Of a DNA stretch of 64,000 bases, positions 55,674-64,000 are shown in pieces; the stretch's first letter is position 1; each line of letters starts with the position of its first letter. Source of the DNA: Abditibacterium sp. (lineage in GTDB: Bacteria; Armatimonadota; Abditibacteriia; Abditibacteriales; Abditibacteriaceae); assembly GCA_965246885.1 (NCBI GenBank), contig OZ251992.1:3392001-3456000 (forward strand). Direction: 5' to 3'. Below the pieces are notes generated by a model. The model searched no databases, was not told where the DNA came from, and saw nothing but the letters and a program-made list of their open reading frames with translations. The position numbers and the translations under genes were made by a program.

Positions 55674-56558
55674 ATGCGTTCTTACTGGGAAGAAGACCTT
55701 GCAATTCTGAGCGCCGAGAACGTGTCGGTTTCGGTCGAAACGTCGGGCTTAGGGTCGCGTTTGGCGGCGCTGTTCATTGACACCAGCTTGCAGGGCCTCG
55801 TGCTACTGCTCTTTTGGCTGGTGGTGTGGGGCGCGGCGACCTACATTGCGCCGCTCCGCTCGCTTCCGACGTGGCTGAACTCCACGCTGGAAGCGGTGTA
55901 TTACGTCTTTCTGTTTCTGCTGTTCTTTGGGTATTACTTCTTGTTCGAGTGGCTGTGGGACGGGCAAACGCCGGGAAAGCGCTACTTGGGGATGCGGGTG
56001 ACAATGGCCAATGGCCTGCCGCTTTCGATGTGGCCCGCGCTTGTGCGCAACACGGTGCGCTTGGTGGACTTTCTGCCGCCGCCGTATGGCATCGGCGCCC
56101 TCGTCTCGATGGCCAATCCGCTCAATCAGCGCGCCGGGGACTTGGCGGCGGGCACCATCGTGGTGCGCGAAGGGCGCCGCGAGAAGGTGGGCAAGCCCCT
56201 GACCATGCGCGAAGCCGTTGACAAGTTCCTCGAAGCCGCCCAGCATGTCCCTGTCGGCATACCCGCCCCCGCGCGCGACTGGCACGGCGAGGAGCTTGGC
56301 GGCCTAAGCGTCGAGGCCGCGCGCCAACTCGACCCCGAAGCCCTCGCCCTCGCCAAGAAACTGGGCCGCGAGGATTACGAACTGGCCCGCGACTATCTCG
56401 CCCGCCGCGCTCAGATGCCCTTCGATTCCCGTTTGCGCTTAAGCCGCGCCCTCGCCGCGCGCCTGAGCGAAAAGTCCGGCCTGCCTCTTGACCCGAACCG
56501 CGTTGACCCGTTCATTGAGGACATCATCGGCACCCTCGCGCGGGTGTATGCGGGCTGA
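55674..56558 (+). CDS. RDD family membrane protein
   Basis: GSRLAALFID, GQTPGKR, QRAGDLAAGT. Confidence 0.9.
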   Translation: MRSYWEEDLAILSAENVSVSVETSGLGSRLAALFIDTSLQGLVLLLFWLVVWGAATYIAPLRSLPTWLNSTLEAVYYVFLFLLFFGYYFLFEWLWDGQTPGKRYLGMRVTMANGLPLSMWPALVRNTVRLVDFLPPPYGIGALVSMANPLNQRAGDLAAGTIVVREGRREKVGKPLTMREAVDKFLEAAQHVPVGIPAPARDWHGEELGGLSVEAARQLDPEALALAKKLGREDYELARDYLARRAQMPFDSRLRLSRALAARLSEKSGLPLDPNRVDPFIEDIIGTLARVYAG

Positions 56559-56573
56559 GCGCGCGCCGCGCGC

Positions 56574-58463
56574 TCAAAACAACCCTTTCCCGCCAAGCGC
56601 CCCAGTTTGCCCTTGCCCGCGCACGTCCTGAATCGTCACCTCCTTGAGGCCAATATCGGCCACGAGGGAACTGCCGGTTTGGGTGAGGTGGCGCACGGGA
56701 TCAACGAGCGTCACGCCGCCTGTTGCGGTGATGCGCCCCGTTGCGCGCTCGAAAGTGGCGCGCGGGGCGCGGATGGTAGCGCCACTGTGGGCGCGCAAGG
56801 TGACGCCGCCAGTCGCTTCGACATGCGCGCCGTTCGCGTCGCCGACCACGCGCGACGCGCGCACTTCGACGCGGCCCAACCCCCCGCCTCCGCGCAGCGA
56901 AGCGCCGACGCTCCCAGTGGCGACAACGGACGCCCCGCGCTTTTGAACGCGGTCGGCCTTCAACTTCGTGCCGTCCGGAAGCGTGGCAGAGGCGCCTCCG
57001 GTCGCGGTCGCGTCACCCCCACTCCCCTCGACGCGGCTGGCGGCCACATGGGTACCGTCGGGCAAAACCGCGCTCGCGCCGCTTGATGCGATGAAGGTGT
57101 CGCCGCGTTTTTCGAGGGTGGCGGCGCTGATTTTGGTGCCGTTGCGGAGCGTGCCGCGCACGTCCCCGCTCATGGTCGCATTCTGAAAATGGGCGTCGCT
57201 GTGGGCGCGCGCGCCACTCAGGGTGCCGTTGGGCGAGGTAATGCGCACATTGCCACTCGCGGACACATGGCCGGTTTGGGCGTCGCCGTTCCACGTCGCG
57301 CTTTGGGAGCGCAGCGTTCCCGTCGAATTGCGGGCGAAGACGCCGCCCGTCGCGGTGACGACCCCCGAACTCTTCGACCAGTCGCGCAACGTCGCCTTTC
57401 CCGCGTCCAGTTTCAAGTCACCCCGGCTGAACACGACGCCGCGCCCGCTTACTGTGGACAGGTTCTCCAAGCCGCGCGCGCTCGCAAGGGTGAGCACGAC
57501 GCCATCCTTTTCGAGGTGCACATTGCGGGCGTCGGTGACACGCAGTTTGGAGTCGGTCGTCAGCGCGCTCGTGTGCACCAGAGCGCCGCGCCCTCGGAAG
57601 GTGGCGTTGGGGACGAAGATGCGGTCGCGCGCCCAGTTCCACTCCAAGCGCGCGCCCGTCGCGCTTCCGGTGGGCGCTTTGGCTTGGACGTTTCCCGTCA
57701 AGGTGCCGTGTTGGGCGCGGGTGTCGGCGTCGAGATGCGCGCCCGTGAGGGTCGTTCCCGCGCGCGTCGCTTGGACGGTTTGGGCGCTGAGGCGGTTGGT
57801 TTTCCAGTTGAAGTTCGCGCGCGCGGCATGAACGACGGCGCCTTGCGAAGAAAGCGTGGCGGCGGCGGTTTGCAGGGTTTGCAAGGAGGTTTGTCCGGTC
57901 AGGCGCGGGGTGCGCAGGAGGATGTCGCCGCGCTTGGCTTCGACGCCGCCCGACGCGGCAAGGGTGCGCTTGCCAACGTCCACGTCGGCGCGTGGCGCGC
58001 GCACCTCGACGGGAGCGCCCGCGAGAGTTTGCGAAGTGGCGACGACGTGCCCGGTCATTTGCAAGCGCACGCCCGCCGCCGTGTTGAAAAGCTGCATCGT
58101 GTCGGCTTGGAACTTCGACTCCGGCGCGCCCGCCCGAAACAGGGCAGCGCTTGCGCCCGTGAGCGTGGCGGTCTTGGGCGCGCCGTTCTCGGTTTGGCCG
58201 GACGCGCGGATTTCCTTGGCTTGCACGCGCCAAAGTGGGCGCCCTTGCGCGTCGCCAATTTCGATTTGCCCACCCTTGACGACCGCGCCGCTTAGCCCTT
58301 GCACCGACTGCGCTCCCTTTTTGGCCTCGGTCTTGAGTTCTTGCTGAAACTGCGCGCGCTCGGCGTCGGAGATGTCGGAGCCGGTCTTCGCGCCGCGCCT
58401 ACACCCGCCCACGAGAAGGGCAAGAGCAGTGGCAAGAGCGGCGAGGAGAAGGAGGGATTTCAT
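56574..58463 (-). CDS. long beta-jellyroll (LptA/LptC/OstA-like) repeat lipoprotein
   Basis: Lipobox-like LLVGGC; repeated xAxGxV...LxAxxxxW/F beta motifs over about 550 aa. Confidence 0.65.
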   Translation of the reverse strand: MKSLLLLAALATALALLVGGCRRGAKTGSDISDAERAQFQQELKTEAKKGAQSVQGLSGAVVKGGQIEIGDAQGRPLWRVQAKEIRASGQTENGAPKTATLTGASAALFRAGAPESKFQADTMQLFNTAAGVRLQMTGHVVATSQTLAGAPVEVRAPRADVDVGKRTLAASGGVEAKRGDILLRTPRLTGQTSLQTLQTAAATLSSQGAVVHAARANFNWKTNRLSAQTVQATRAGTTLTGAHLDADTRAQHGTLTGNVQAKAPTGSATGARLEWNWARDRIFVPNATFRGRGALVHTSALTTDSKLRVTDARNVHLEKDGVVLTLASARGLENLSTVSGRGVVFSRGDLKLDAGKATLRDWSKSSGVVTATGGVFARNSTGTLRSQSATWNGDAQTGHVSASGNVRITSPNGTLSGARAHSDAHFQNATMSGDVRGTLRNGTKISAATLEKRGDTFIASSGASAVLPDGTHVAASRVEGSGGDATATGGASATLPDGTKLKADRVQKRGASVVATGSVGASLRGGGGLGRVEVRASRVVGDANGAHVEATGGVTLRAHSGATIRAPRATFERATGRITATGGVTLVDPVRHLTQTGSSLVADIGLKEVTIQDVRGQGQTGALGGKGLF

Positions 58464-58466
58464 AGC

Positions 58467-59231
58467 TTAGAACCGGAAGCGCAGTAGCGCCCATGCCGCG
58501 CGCAGGCCGTCGCGCACGACGCGGATTTTCTTGCCTTCTAACTCGGTGCGCGGGTGGTAGGAGATGGGCGTTTGCCCGACGCGGGCGCCGCGCTTGCGGG
58601 CACGGGCGACTTTGGCGGCGATCTCGAAGTCGAGGTCGAAGCCGTCGCATTGCAAGTCGAGCGAGAGGGCGAAGGCGCGGCGCATGAGTTTGTAACAAGT
58701 CGCCACATCGTCAAGCGGCGCGCCATACAAGACGCGGTAAAAGACGGTCAGCCCCACGCGCCCGTAAAAGAAGGCGGTGCGCGGTTGCTCGCGGCGGGTC
58801 GCGCTACCGGGCGACAGGCGCGTGCCGAACACGGCGTCTAACTTCCGCTTGTGGGCGGCATCGAGGAGCTTGTGAAAGTCGCGCGGGTCGTATTCGAGGT
58901 CGGCGTCTTGGACAATTGTCCACTCGCCGCGCGCCAAGGCCAGCGCGCGCCGCACGCTCGCGCCCTTGCCGCGATTCTCGGATTGAAAAGCGACGCGCAA
59001 GCAGGCGGCGGAGCTTTCTCCGCCCGCTTCGCCCGACGCGATGAGGCTTTGTAAGTACTCGCGCGTGCCGTCGTCGGACACGTTGTCCACGACGATGATT
59101 TCGAGGTCAAGGTCGAGCGCACGGACGCGGCGCAGTATCTCTTCAAGCGTGGGGCGCTCGTTGTAGACGGGCATCAGCACGCTCAGCAGGGGCGGCGAGG
59201 GTTCGTTCATCGGCGGCGCGTAGTCTTTCAT
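58467..59231 (-). CDS. glycosyltransferase family 2 (Dol-P-Man synthase-like)
   Basis: LSVLMPVYNE, VVDNVSDDGT, NRGKG, QDADLEYDP; ATGA-coupled to the upstream gene. Confidence 0.9.
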   Translation of the reverse strand: MKDYAPPMNEPSPPLLSVLMPVYNERPTLEEILRRVRALDLDLEIIVVDNVSDDGTREYLQSLIASGEAGGESSAACLRVAFQSENRGKGASVRRALALARGEWTIVQDADLEYDPRDFHKLLDAAHKRKLDAVFGTRLSPGSATRREQPRTAFFYGRVGLTVFYRVLYGAPLDDVATCYKLMRRAFALSLDLQCDGFDLDFEIAAKVARARKRGARVGQTPISYHPRTELEGKKIRVVRDGLRAAWALLRFRF

Positions 59232-60502
59232 ACAAGCGTCCGCCACCCAAGAATGTTTGCCAAGGACAGCCCCGCCATCGTCAGGAACAGCGCGCCCGCC
59301 GGTATCATCCCCGTCCGCGTGCGCGCCAACTGCCCGCCCAGCAAGAGCGTAACCGGCAACAGCGCGCCGTGCAAATAGCGCGCTTGCCCAGCCGAAATGT
59401 GGCCCAGCGCAAAGTTCGCCCACAGCAACACCAGCAGCAAAACACCCGCGCCCCACCACGCCGACAGCGCCCGCGTTTCGGGGGCCGCTTTGTCGGGGCG
59501 CGCTTTCCAGCCGCCCCACACCGCCATAAGAGGCACGCCCACCACGACCAAAAGCGGCAGGAGCCACAACGGAGACGGCATCCCCGGCCCGCCCGCGCTG
59601 AAGGGGCGGGTCATCTTGTTGAGGGTGTTCGGCCCACCAAAGAACCCCCACGCCGTCAGCAGAATTTGCCACGCCAAGCCGCGCGCATAGCGGAAGAACG
59701 TCCAACCAAAGTTCGCCGCGTAAAATGCGAACCCCGGCGTTCCCAGCGTCGCCGCGCGCGAAAACAGACCATACGCGAGCGGGTCGCCATAGAGCATCTG
59801 ATTGCGCAAGAACATCGGCGCCGCCAACAGCAACGCGACGCCCATCCCCGGCAAAAGCGCCGTCAAAGGCCGCTCGCCGCGCTTTGCCAGCGCCGCGCCC
59901 AACGCCAGAAACGCCCACGCACCAAGGGGAAGCGCCGTCAACTTCGTGAGCGCGCCCAACCCCGCGACCAATCCTACGAGTAACACCAGCCGCTTCGTCG
60001 GCTCTTCCAACCACGCGCGCGCCACGAGATAGAAGAGCAACGCCGCCCACAGCCCCGCCAAAGCGTCGTTGTTTATCCCCGCGCTCACGCCCTGATGCAG
60101 TGGCGACAGCGCCGCGAGCAACACACACACCGCGCTCGCCCGCGAGCCGCGCCCGAACAGCAGATTGGCGCCCCCCCACACAACCACCAGCGTCAGCAAG
60201 CCGAACAAGAGCGACAGCCAGCGCGCCGCCCCCATCCGCGCGCCTGCGGGAAGCGCCGCCCAAAGTGGCGCCGCGAGCAGATAGAAAAGTGGTGGCTGGT
60301 GGAACTCATACCCCGGCTGGGGCGGCGGTTGGCCCGCGAAAACGGTAAGCGCGTGATTAGTGGCGATGGCCGCGATGTATTGCGCGTGCGCCGCTTCGTC
60401 GGGCGCGGCATTGAAGGGCACGCGGATAATCAGCGCCGCCGTGAAAACGAAGAGAAGCGCGAGCGCCGCCCACAACGGGCCGCGAACAGGAGCAGTAGGC
60501 AT
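59228..60502 (-). CDS. GT-C-fold membrane glycosyltransferase (family 39/ArnT-like)
   Basis: APDEAAH, YEFHQPPLFY, NNDALA, LTKLT, QARYL; many TMs. Confidence 0.75.
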   Translation of the reverse strand: MPTAPVRGPLWAALALLFVFTAALIIRVPFNAAPDEAAHAQYIAAIATNHALTVFAGQPPPQPGYEFHQPPLFYLLAAPLWAALPAGARMGAARWLSLLFGLLTLVVVWGGANLLFGRGSRASAVCVLLAALSPLHQGVSAGINNDALAGLWAALLFYLVARAWLEEPTKRLVLLVGLVAGLGALTKLTALPLGAWAFLALGAALAKRGERPLTALLPGMGVALLLAAPMFLRNQMLYGDPLAYGLFSRAATLGTPGFAFYAANFGWTFFRYARGLAWQILLTAWGFFGGPNTLNKMTRPFSAGGPGMPSPLWLLPLLVVVGVPLMAVWGGWKARPDKAAPETRALSAWWGAGVLLLVLLWANFALGHISAGQARYLHGALLPVTLLLGGQLARTRTGMIPAGALFLTMAGLSLANILGWRTLV

Positions 60503-60752
60503 GGAAGAAGCCAAGTTTGCCGCTTGCGTCCGCTTCGGTGTGCTCCCCAAAGCGGAAACGTGGGGCACAAAGGATTTTTACCGACCTGAAACAACGGGGA
60601 AACACCCGGCGCCTAAGATGTAAAGGGCGGGTGACGCCGCCAACGCGCCCAGAAGACTTGCGCTTAAACTGCGCGCCAACCGGGAAAGAAACCGTAGGCT
60701 CGTCGTCGCTTCGGCGCGACGTTCCGATTGCTTTCTTCTTCCAGAGGTATAA

Positions 60753-61097
<345 letters not shown>

Positions 61098-61102
61098 ATT
61101 CC

Positions 61103-61146
61103 AGCGAATGAATTCGCAGCCAGCAAAGTCGTCGGCCTTCGCCGAC
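61103..61146. repeat. partial inverted copy of the REP-like element at 4614
   Basis: agcgaatgaattcgcagccagc-N6-gtcggccttcgccgac matches the reverse complement of 4653-4696. Confidence 0.8.
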
Positions 61147-61214
61147 GGAAGCGCATTGACTCGTCGACCATCACCCGTGCTTTCAAGCGCTCCGCGCGCT
61201 TTGAAACGTCTACT

Positions 61215-62234
61215 ATGCCCACTAAATTCAAGCTCGAATACATCTGGCTCGACGGCTACAAGCCCGTCCCCAACCTGCGCGGCAAAACCCTCGTCAAAGA
61301 GTTTTCCCAGTTCCCCACCCTCGAAGAACTCCCCTTCTGGGGCTTTGACGGCTCCTCGACGCAACAGGCCGAAGGCCACTCCTCCGACTGCGCGCTCAAG
61401 CCCGTCGCGGTCTATCCCGACCCGGCGCGCACCAACGGCGCCCTCGTCATGTGCGAAGTGATGATGCCCGATAAAGTCACGCCGCACCCGACCAACGCCC
61501 GCGCCACCATCCTCGACGACGCGGGCACGTGGTTCGGCTTTGAGCAGGAGTACTTCCTCTATCAAGATGGGCGGCCCCTCGGATTCCCCGAACAAGGCTA
61601 CCCCTCGCCGCAGGGCACCTACTACACGAGCGTGGGCTACTCCAACGTCGGCAACATCGCGCGCTCCATCGTGGACGAGCACCTCGACCTTTGTATCGCG
61701 GCGGGCATCAACCACGAGGGCATCAATGCCGAAGTCGCCAAAGGGCAGTGGGAGTTCCAAATCTTCGGCAAAGGCTCGCGCCGCGCCGCCGACGAAGTGT
61801 GGATGGGCCGCTACCTACTCTACCGCTTGTGCGAGAAATACGAAGTGGACGTTGAAATTCACTGCAAACCCATCAAAGGCGACTGGAACGGGTCGGGCAT
61901 GCACGCCAATTTTTCCACCGCCTATATGCGCGAAGTCGGCGGCAAAGAGTACTTCGAGAAGCTTATGGCCGCCTTCGAGTCCGAAAAGATGGAACACATC
62001 GCCGTTTACGGCCCCGACAACCACCTGCGCTTAACCGGGTTGCACGAGACCGCGCCGCTCGACCGCTTCTCCTATGGCGTGGGCGACCGGGGCGCTTCCA
62101 TTCGCATCCCGCAATCATTCGTGGACGCCGGGTATCGCGGCTACCTCGAAGACCGCCGCCCCAACTCGCAGGGCGACCCCTATCAGATCGCCTCGCGTAT
62201 CTTGAAGACCATCGCGTCCGTGCCGACGAGCTAA
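61215..62234 (+). CDS. glnII: glutamine synthetase type II
   Basis: 339 aa; EYIWLDG, FDGSST, GQWEFQ, DWNGSGMH, RLTGLHET, YLEDRRP. Confidence 0.93.
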   Translation: MPTKFKLEYIWLDGYKPVPNLRGKTLVKEFSQFPTLEELPFWGFDGSSTQQAEGHSSDCALKPVAVYPDPARTNGALVMCEVMMPDKVTPHPTNARATILDDAGTWFGFEQEYFLYQDGRPLGFPEQGYPSPQGTYYTSVGYSNVGNIARSIVDEHLDLCIAAGINHEGINAEVAKGQWEFQIFGKGSRRAADEVWMGRYLLYRLCEKYEVDVEIHCKPIKGDWNGSGMHANFSTAYMREVGGKEYFEKLMAAFESEKMEHIAVYGPDNHLRLTGLHETAPLDRFSYGVGDRGASIRIPQSFVDAGYRGYLEDRRPNSQGDPYQIASRILKTIASVPTS

Positions 62235-62264
62235 AACAGTCTGTCGTCCGCTCATCCACCCACC

Positions 62265-62432
62265 GGGGCCGTTCCCGCGACCCGGCGAACGCTTCAGGTA
62301 AGTGGATGAAGCGTTCGGTTAGATGGGCGGACGGTTCACGCGACTATCTGAACGATTCGCGCGCATGGGCGGACGGCTCAGATAGCTACCCGAACGACTC
62401 CGGTGGATGGGCGAAGCGTTCAGATGGTGTAG
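62265..62432. repeat. 21-bp-period palindromic array (YGRA-N3-YTCR), 7-8 units
   Basis: From 62286: cgaacgcttca, tgaagcgttcg, cggacggttca, tgaacgattcg, cggacggctca, cgaacgactcc, cgaagcgttca at exact 21-bp steps. Confidence 0.88.
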
Positions 62433-62572
62433 AACTCGCCCTTGCGCTCAAATTCCCCTTTCCGTTCGTCCAAAGTGGCGCGCCTCCCCGGTGCGCCGCT
62501 TTTGCGTGTCGGCCTCCTAATCGTTTAACCTTTACCCCCGGCGACTTCGCTCGCACACCAAACCAAACACCC

Positions 62573-64000
62573 ATGCCAGACATCAACTCCATTATCGAAA
62601 TGGCGCAAGAAGAGGGCGTCGAGTTCATTGACCTCAAGTTCGTCGGTCTGCTCGGCGACATGCAGCATCTGACGTTCCCCGTTCAATCCGCCCTCAACGA
62701 GGACTTCTTTACCGACGGCGTCGGATTTGACGGCTCGTCGGTGCGCGGCTTTCAAACCATTGACAAGTCCGACATGATGCTCGTCCCCGACATCAGCACC
62801 GCCATCATTGATCCCGTCTACGACACCCCTACCCTCTCGGTATTCGCCAACATCATTGACCCCATCACGCGCGAACCCTATTCCCGCGACCCCCGTTACA
62901 TCGTCACCAAGGCGCTCGCTTATCTCAAGTCCACCGGCATCGGCGACCAAGTGTTCTTCGGGCCGGAAGCCGAGTTCTTCCTGTTCAACGGCGTGTCGTT
63001 TGGCGGCCACAAAGCGGCGGGCGGGCCGGACGGCCATTTCACGCACTACAAAGTGGACTCGGTTGATGGCGACTGGCATAATGCCGATTCGGTTCACGAC
63101 GAACTGACCGGCGAATATAACTCCGGCCACCGCACGCGCAACAAGGGCGGCTACGTGCCCGTGCCGCCGCAAGACAACCTGACCGAAGTGCGCAACGACA
63201 TCGTGCGCCACCTCTACCAAGCGGGCATCGGCGTGGACTTGCACCACCACGAAGTCGCTTCCGGCGGCCAGTGCGAAATTGGCATTTCGCTCCAAGACAT
63301 CGCCACCATGTGCGACACGATGATGCTTCACAAATACATCGTCAAAAACGTCGCTGCCAAGCACGGCCTCACCGCGACCTTCATGCCCAAGCCCATCTTC
63401 GGCGACAACGGCACCGGCATGCACTGCCACCAGTCCATCTGGAAGGACGGCAAGACCCTCATGTTCGACGAGAACGGCTACGCCCAACTGAGCGACCTCG
63501 CGCGCTATTACATCGGCGGCATCCTCAAGAACGCGCCCTCCCTGCTCGCTTTCACCAACGCTTCGACCAACTCGTACCACCGCCTCGTCCCCGGCTACGA
63601 AGCGCCTATTTACTTGCTCTACTCCCAGCGCAACCGCTCCGCCGCCGTGCGCATCCCGCTTTATTCCAAGAGTCCCAAAGCCAAGCGCATCGAGTTCCGC
63701 ACCCCCGACGTGACCGGCAACATTTACCTGTCGCTCGTGGCACAACTGATGGCGGGCTTGGACGGCATCGTCAACAAAATCGAGCCGGGTGACCCCTTCG
63801 ACAAAGACTTGTATGAACTCGAACCCGAAGAGCGGCACGGCATCCCCACCGTTCCGGGAAGTCTCGAAGAGACCCTCGACAACTTGGAGCGCGACCACGC
63901 CTTCCTGACGGCAGGCGGCGTCTTTACCGAAGACCTCATCGCCAAATACATCGAACTCAAGCGCGGCGACGTGGACGCCATCCGTCTGCGCCCCCACCCC
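62573..64000 (+). CDS. glnA: glutamine synthetase type I (3'-truncated by window)
   Basis: Translated by eye from ATG 62573: FDGSSVRGF, GPEAEFF, HHHEVA, FMPKPIFGDNGTGMH, RLVPGYEAP, NRSAAVRIP, DKDLY. Confidence 0.96.
   Translation, partial: MPDINSIIEMAQEEGVEFIDLKFVGLLGDMQHLTFPVQSALNEDFFTDGVGFDGSSVRGFQTIDKSDMMLVPDISTAIIDPVYDTPTLSVFANIIDPITREPYSRDPRYIVTKALAYLKSTGIGDQVFFGPEAEFFLFNGVSFGGHKAAGGPDGHFTHYKVDSVDGDWHNADSVHDELTGEYNSGHRTRNKGGYVPVPPQDNLTEVRNDIVRHLYQAGIGVDLHHHEVASGGQCEIGISLQDIATMCDTMMLHKYIVKNVAAKHGLTATFMPKPIFGDNGTGMHCHQSIWKDGKTLMFDENGYAQLSDLARYYIGGILKNAPSLLAFTNASTNSYHRLVPGYEAPIYLLYSQRNRSAAVRIPLYSKSPKAKRIEFRTPDVTGNIYLSLVAQLMAGLDGIVNKIEPGDPFDKDLYELEPEERHGIPTVPGSLEETLDNLERDHAFLTAGGVFTEDLIAKYIELKRGDVDAIRLRPHP

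Noticed and set aside
58467..60263. 598-aa GT2 ORF
   Set aside because: The N-terminal part is an alternate frame of the GT-C gene; the real start is ATGA-coupled at 59231
62265..62432. CRISPR interpretation of the 21-bp arrays
   Set aside because: The period is too short, there is no invariant repeat with unique spacers, and no cas genes are present
62525..63997. 490-aa minus-strand ORF
   Set aside because: Antisense to glnA, which the ORF track missed because it lacks a stop in the window

Overview
A GC-rich bacterial chromosomal window with about 55 genes, mostly housekeeping: rlmN (partial), sucC/sucD, nadE, photolyase, relA/spoT, pcrA/uvrD, mutS, pepA, glnB-glnII-glnA (glnA partial), ABC transporters, glycosyltransferases and a CHASE3 two-component operon. 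The gene content suggests a diderm lineage, possibly Armatimonadota/Abditibacteriota, but this is only an inference. Accessory content includes: (i) two paralogous three-gene modules (ECF sigma, small membrane protein, large multi-pass membrane protein), each preceded by the same GAAC-N18-CATCCAA motif; (ii) a small defence-like island (DUF2357-type nuclease, McrB-like AAA+ with an inserted domain, Fic); and (iii) an FHA-protein operon with tandem-duplicated membrane proteins. The most unusual non-coding signal is four intergenic arrays of degenerate palindromic units with an exact 21-bp period. They share architecture but not sequence. Several REP/REPIN-like inverted repeats and many apparently leaderless promoters are also present. 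No rRNA, tRNA, CRISPR array, transposase or integrase was recognised. Several start codons were refined by eye from the ORF track.
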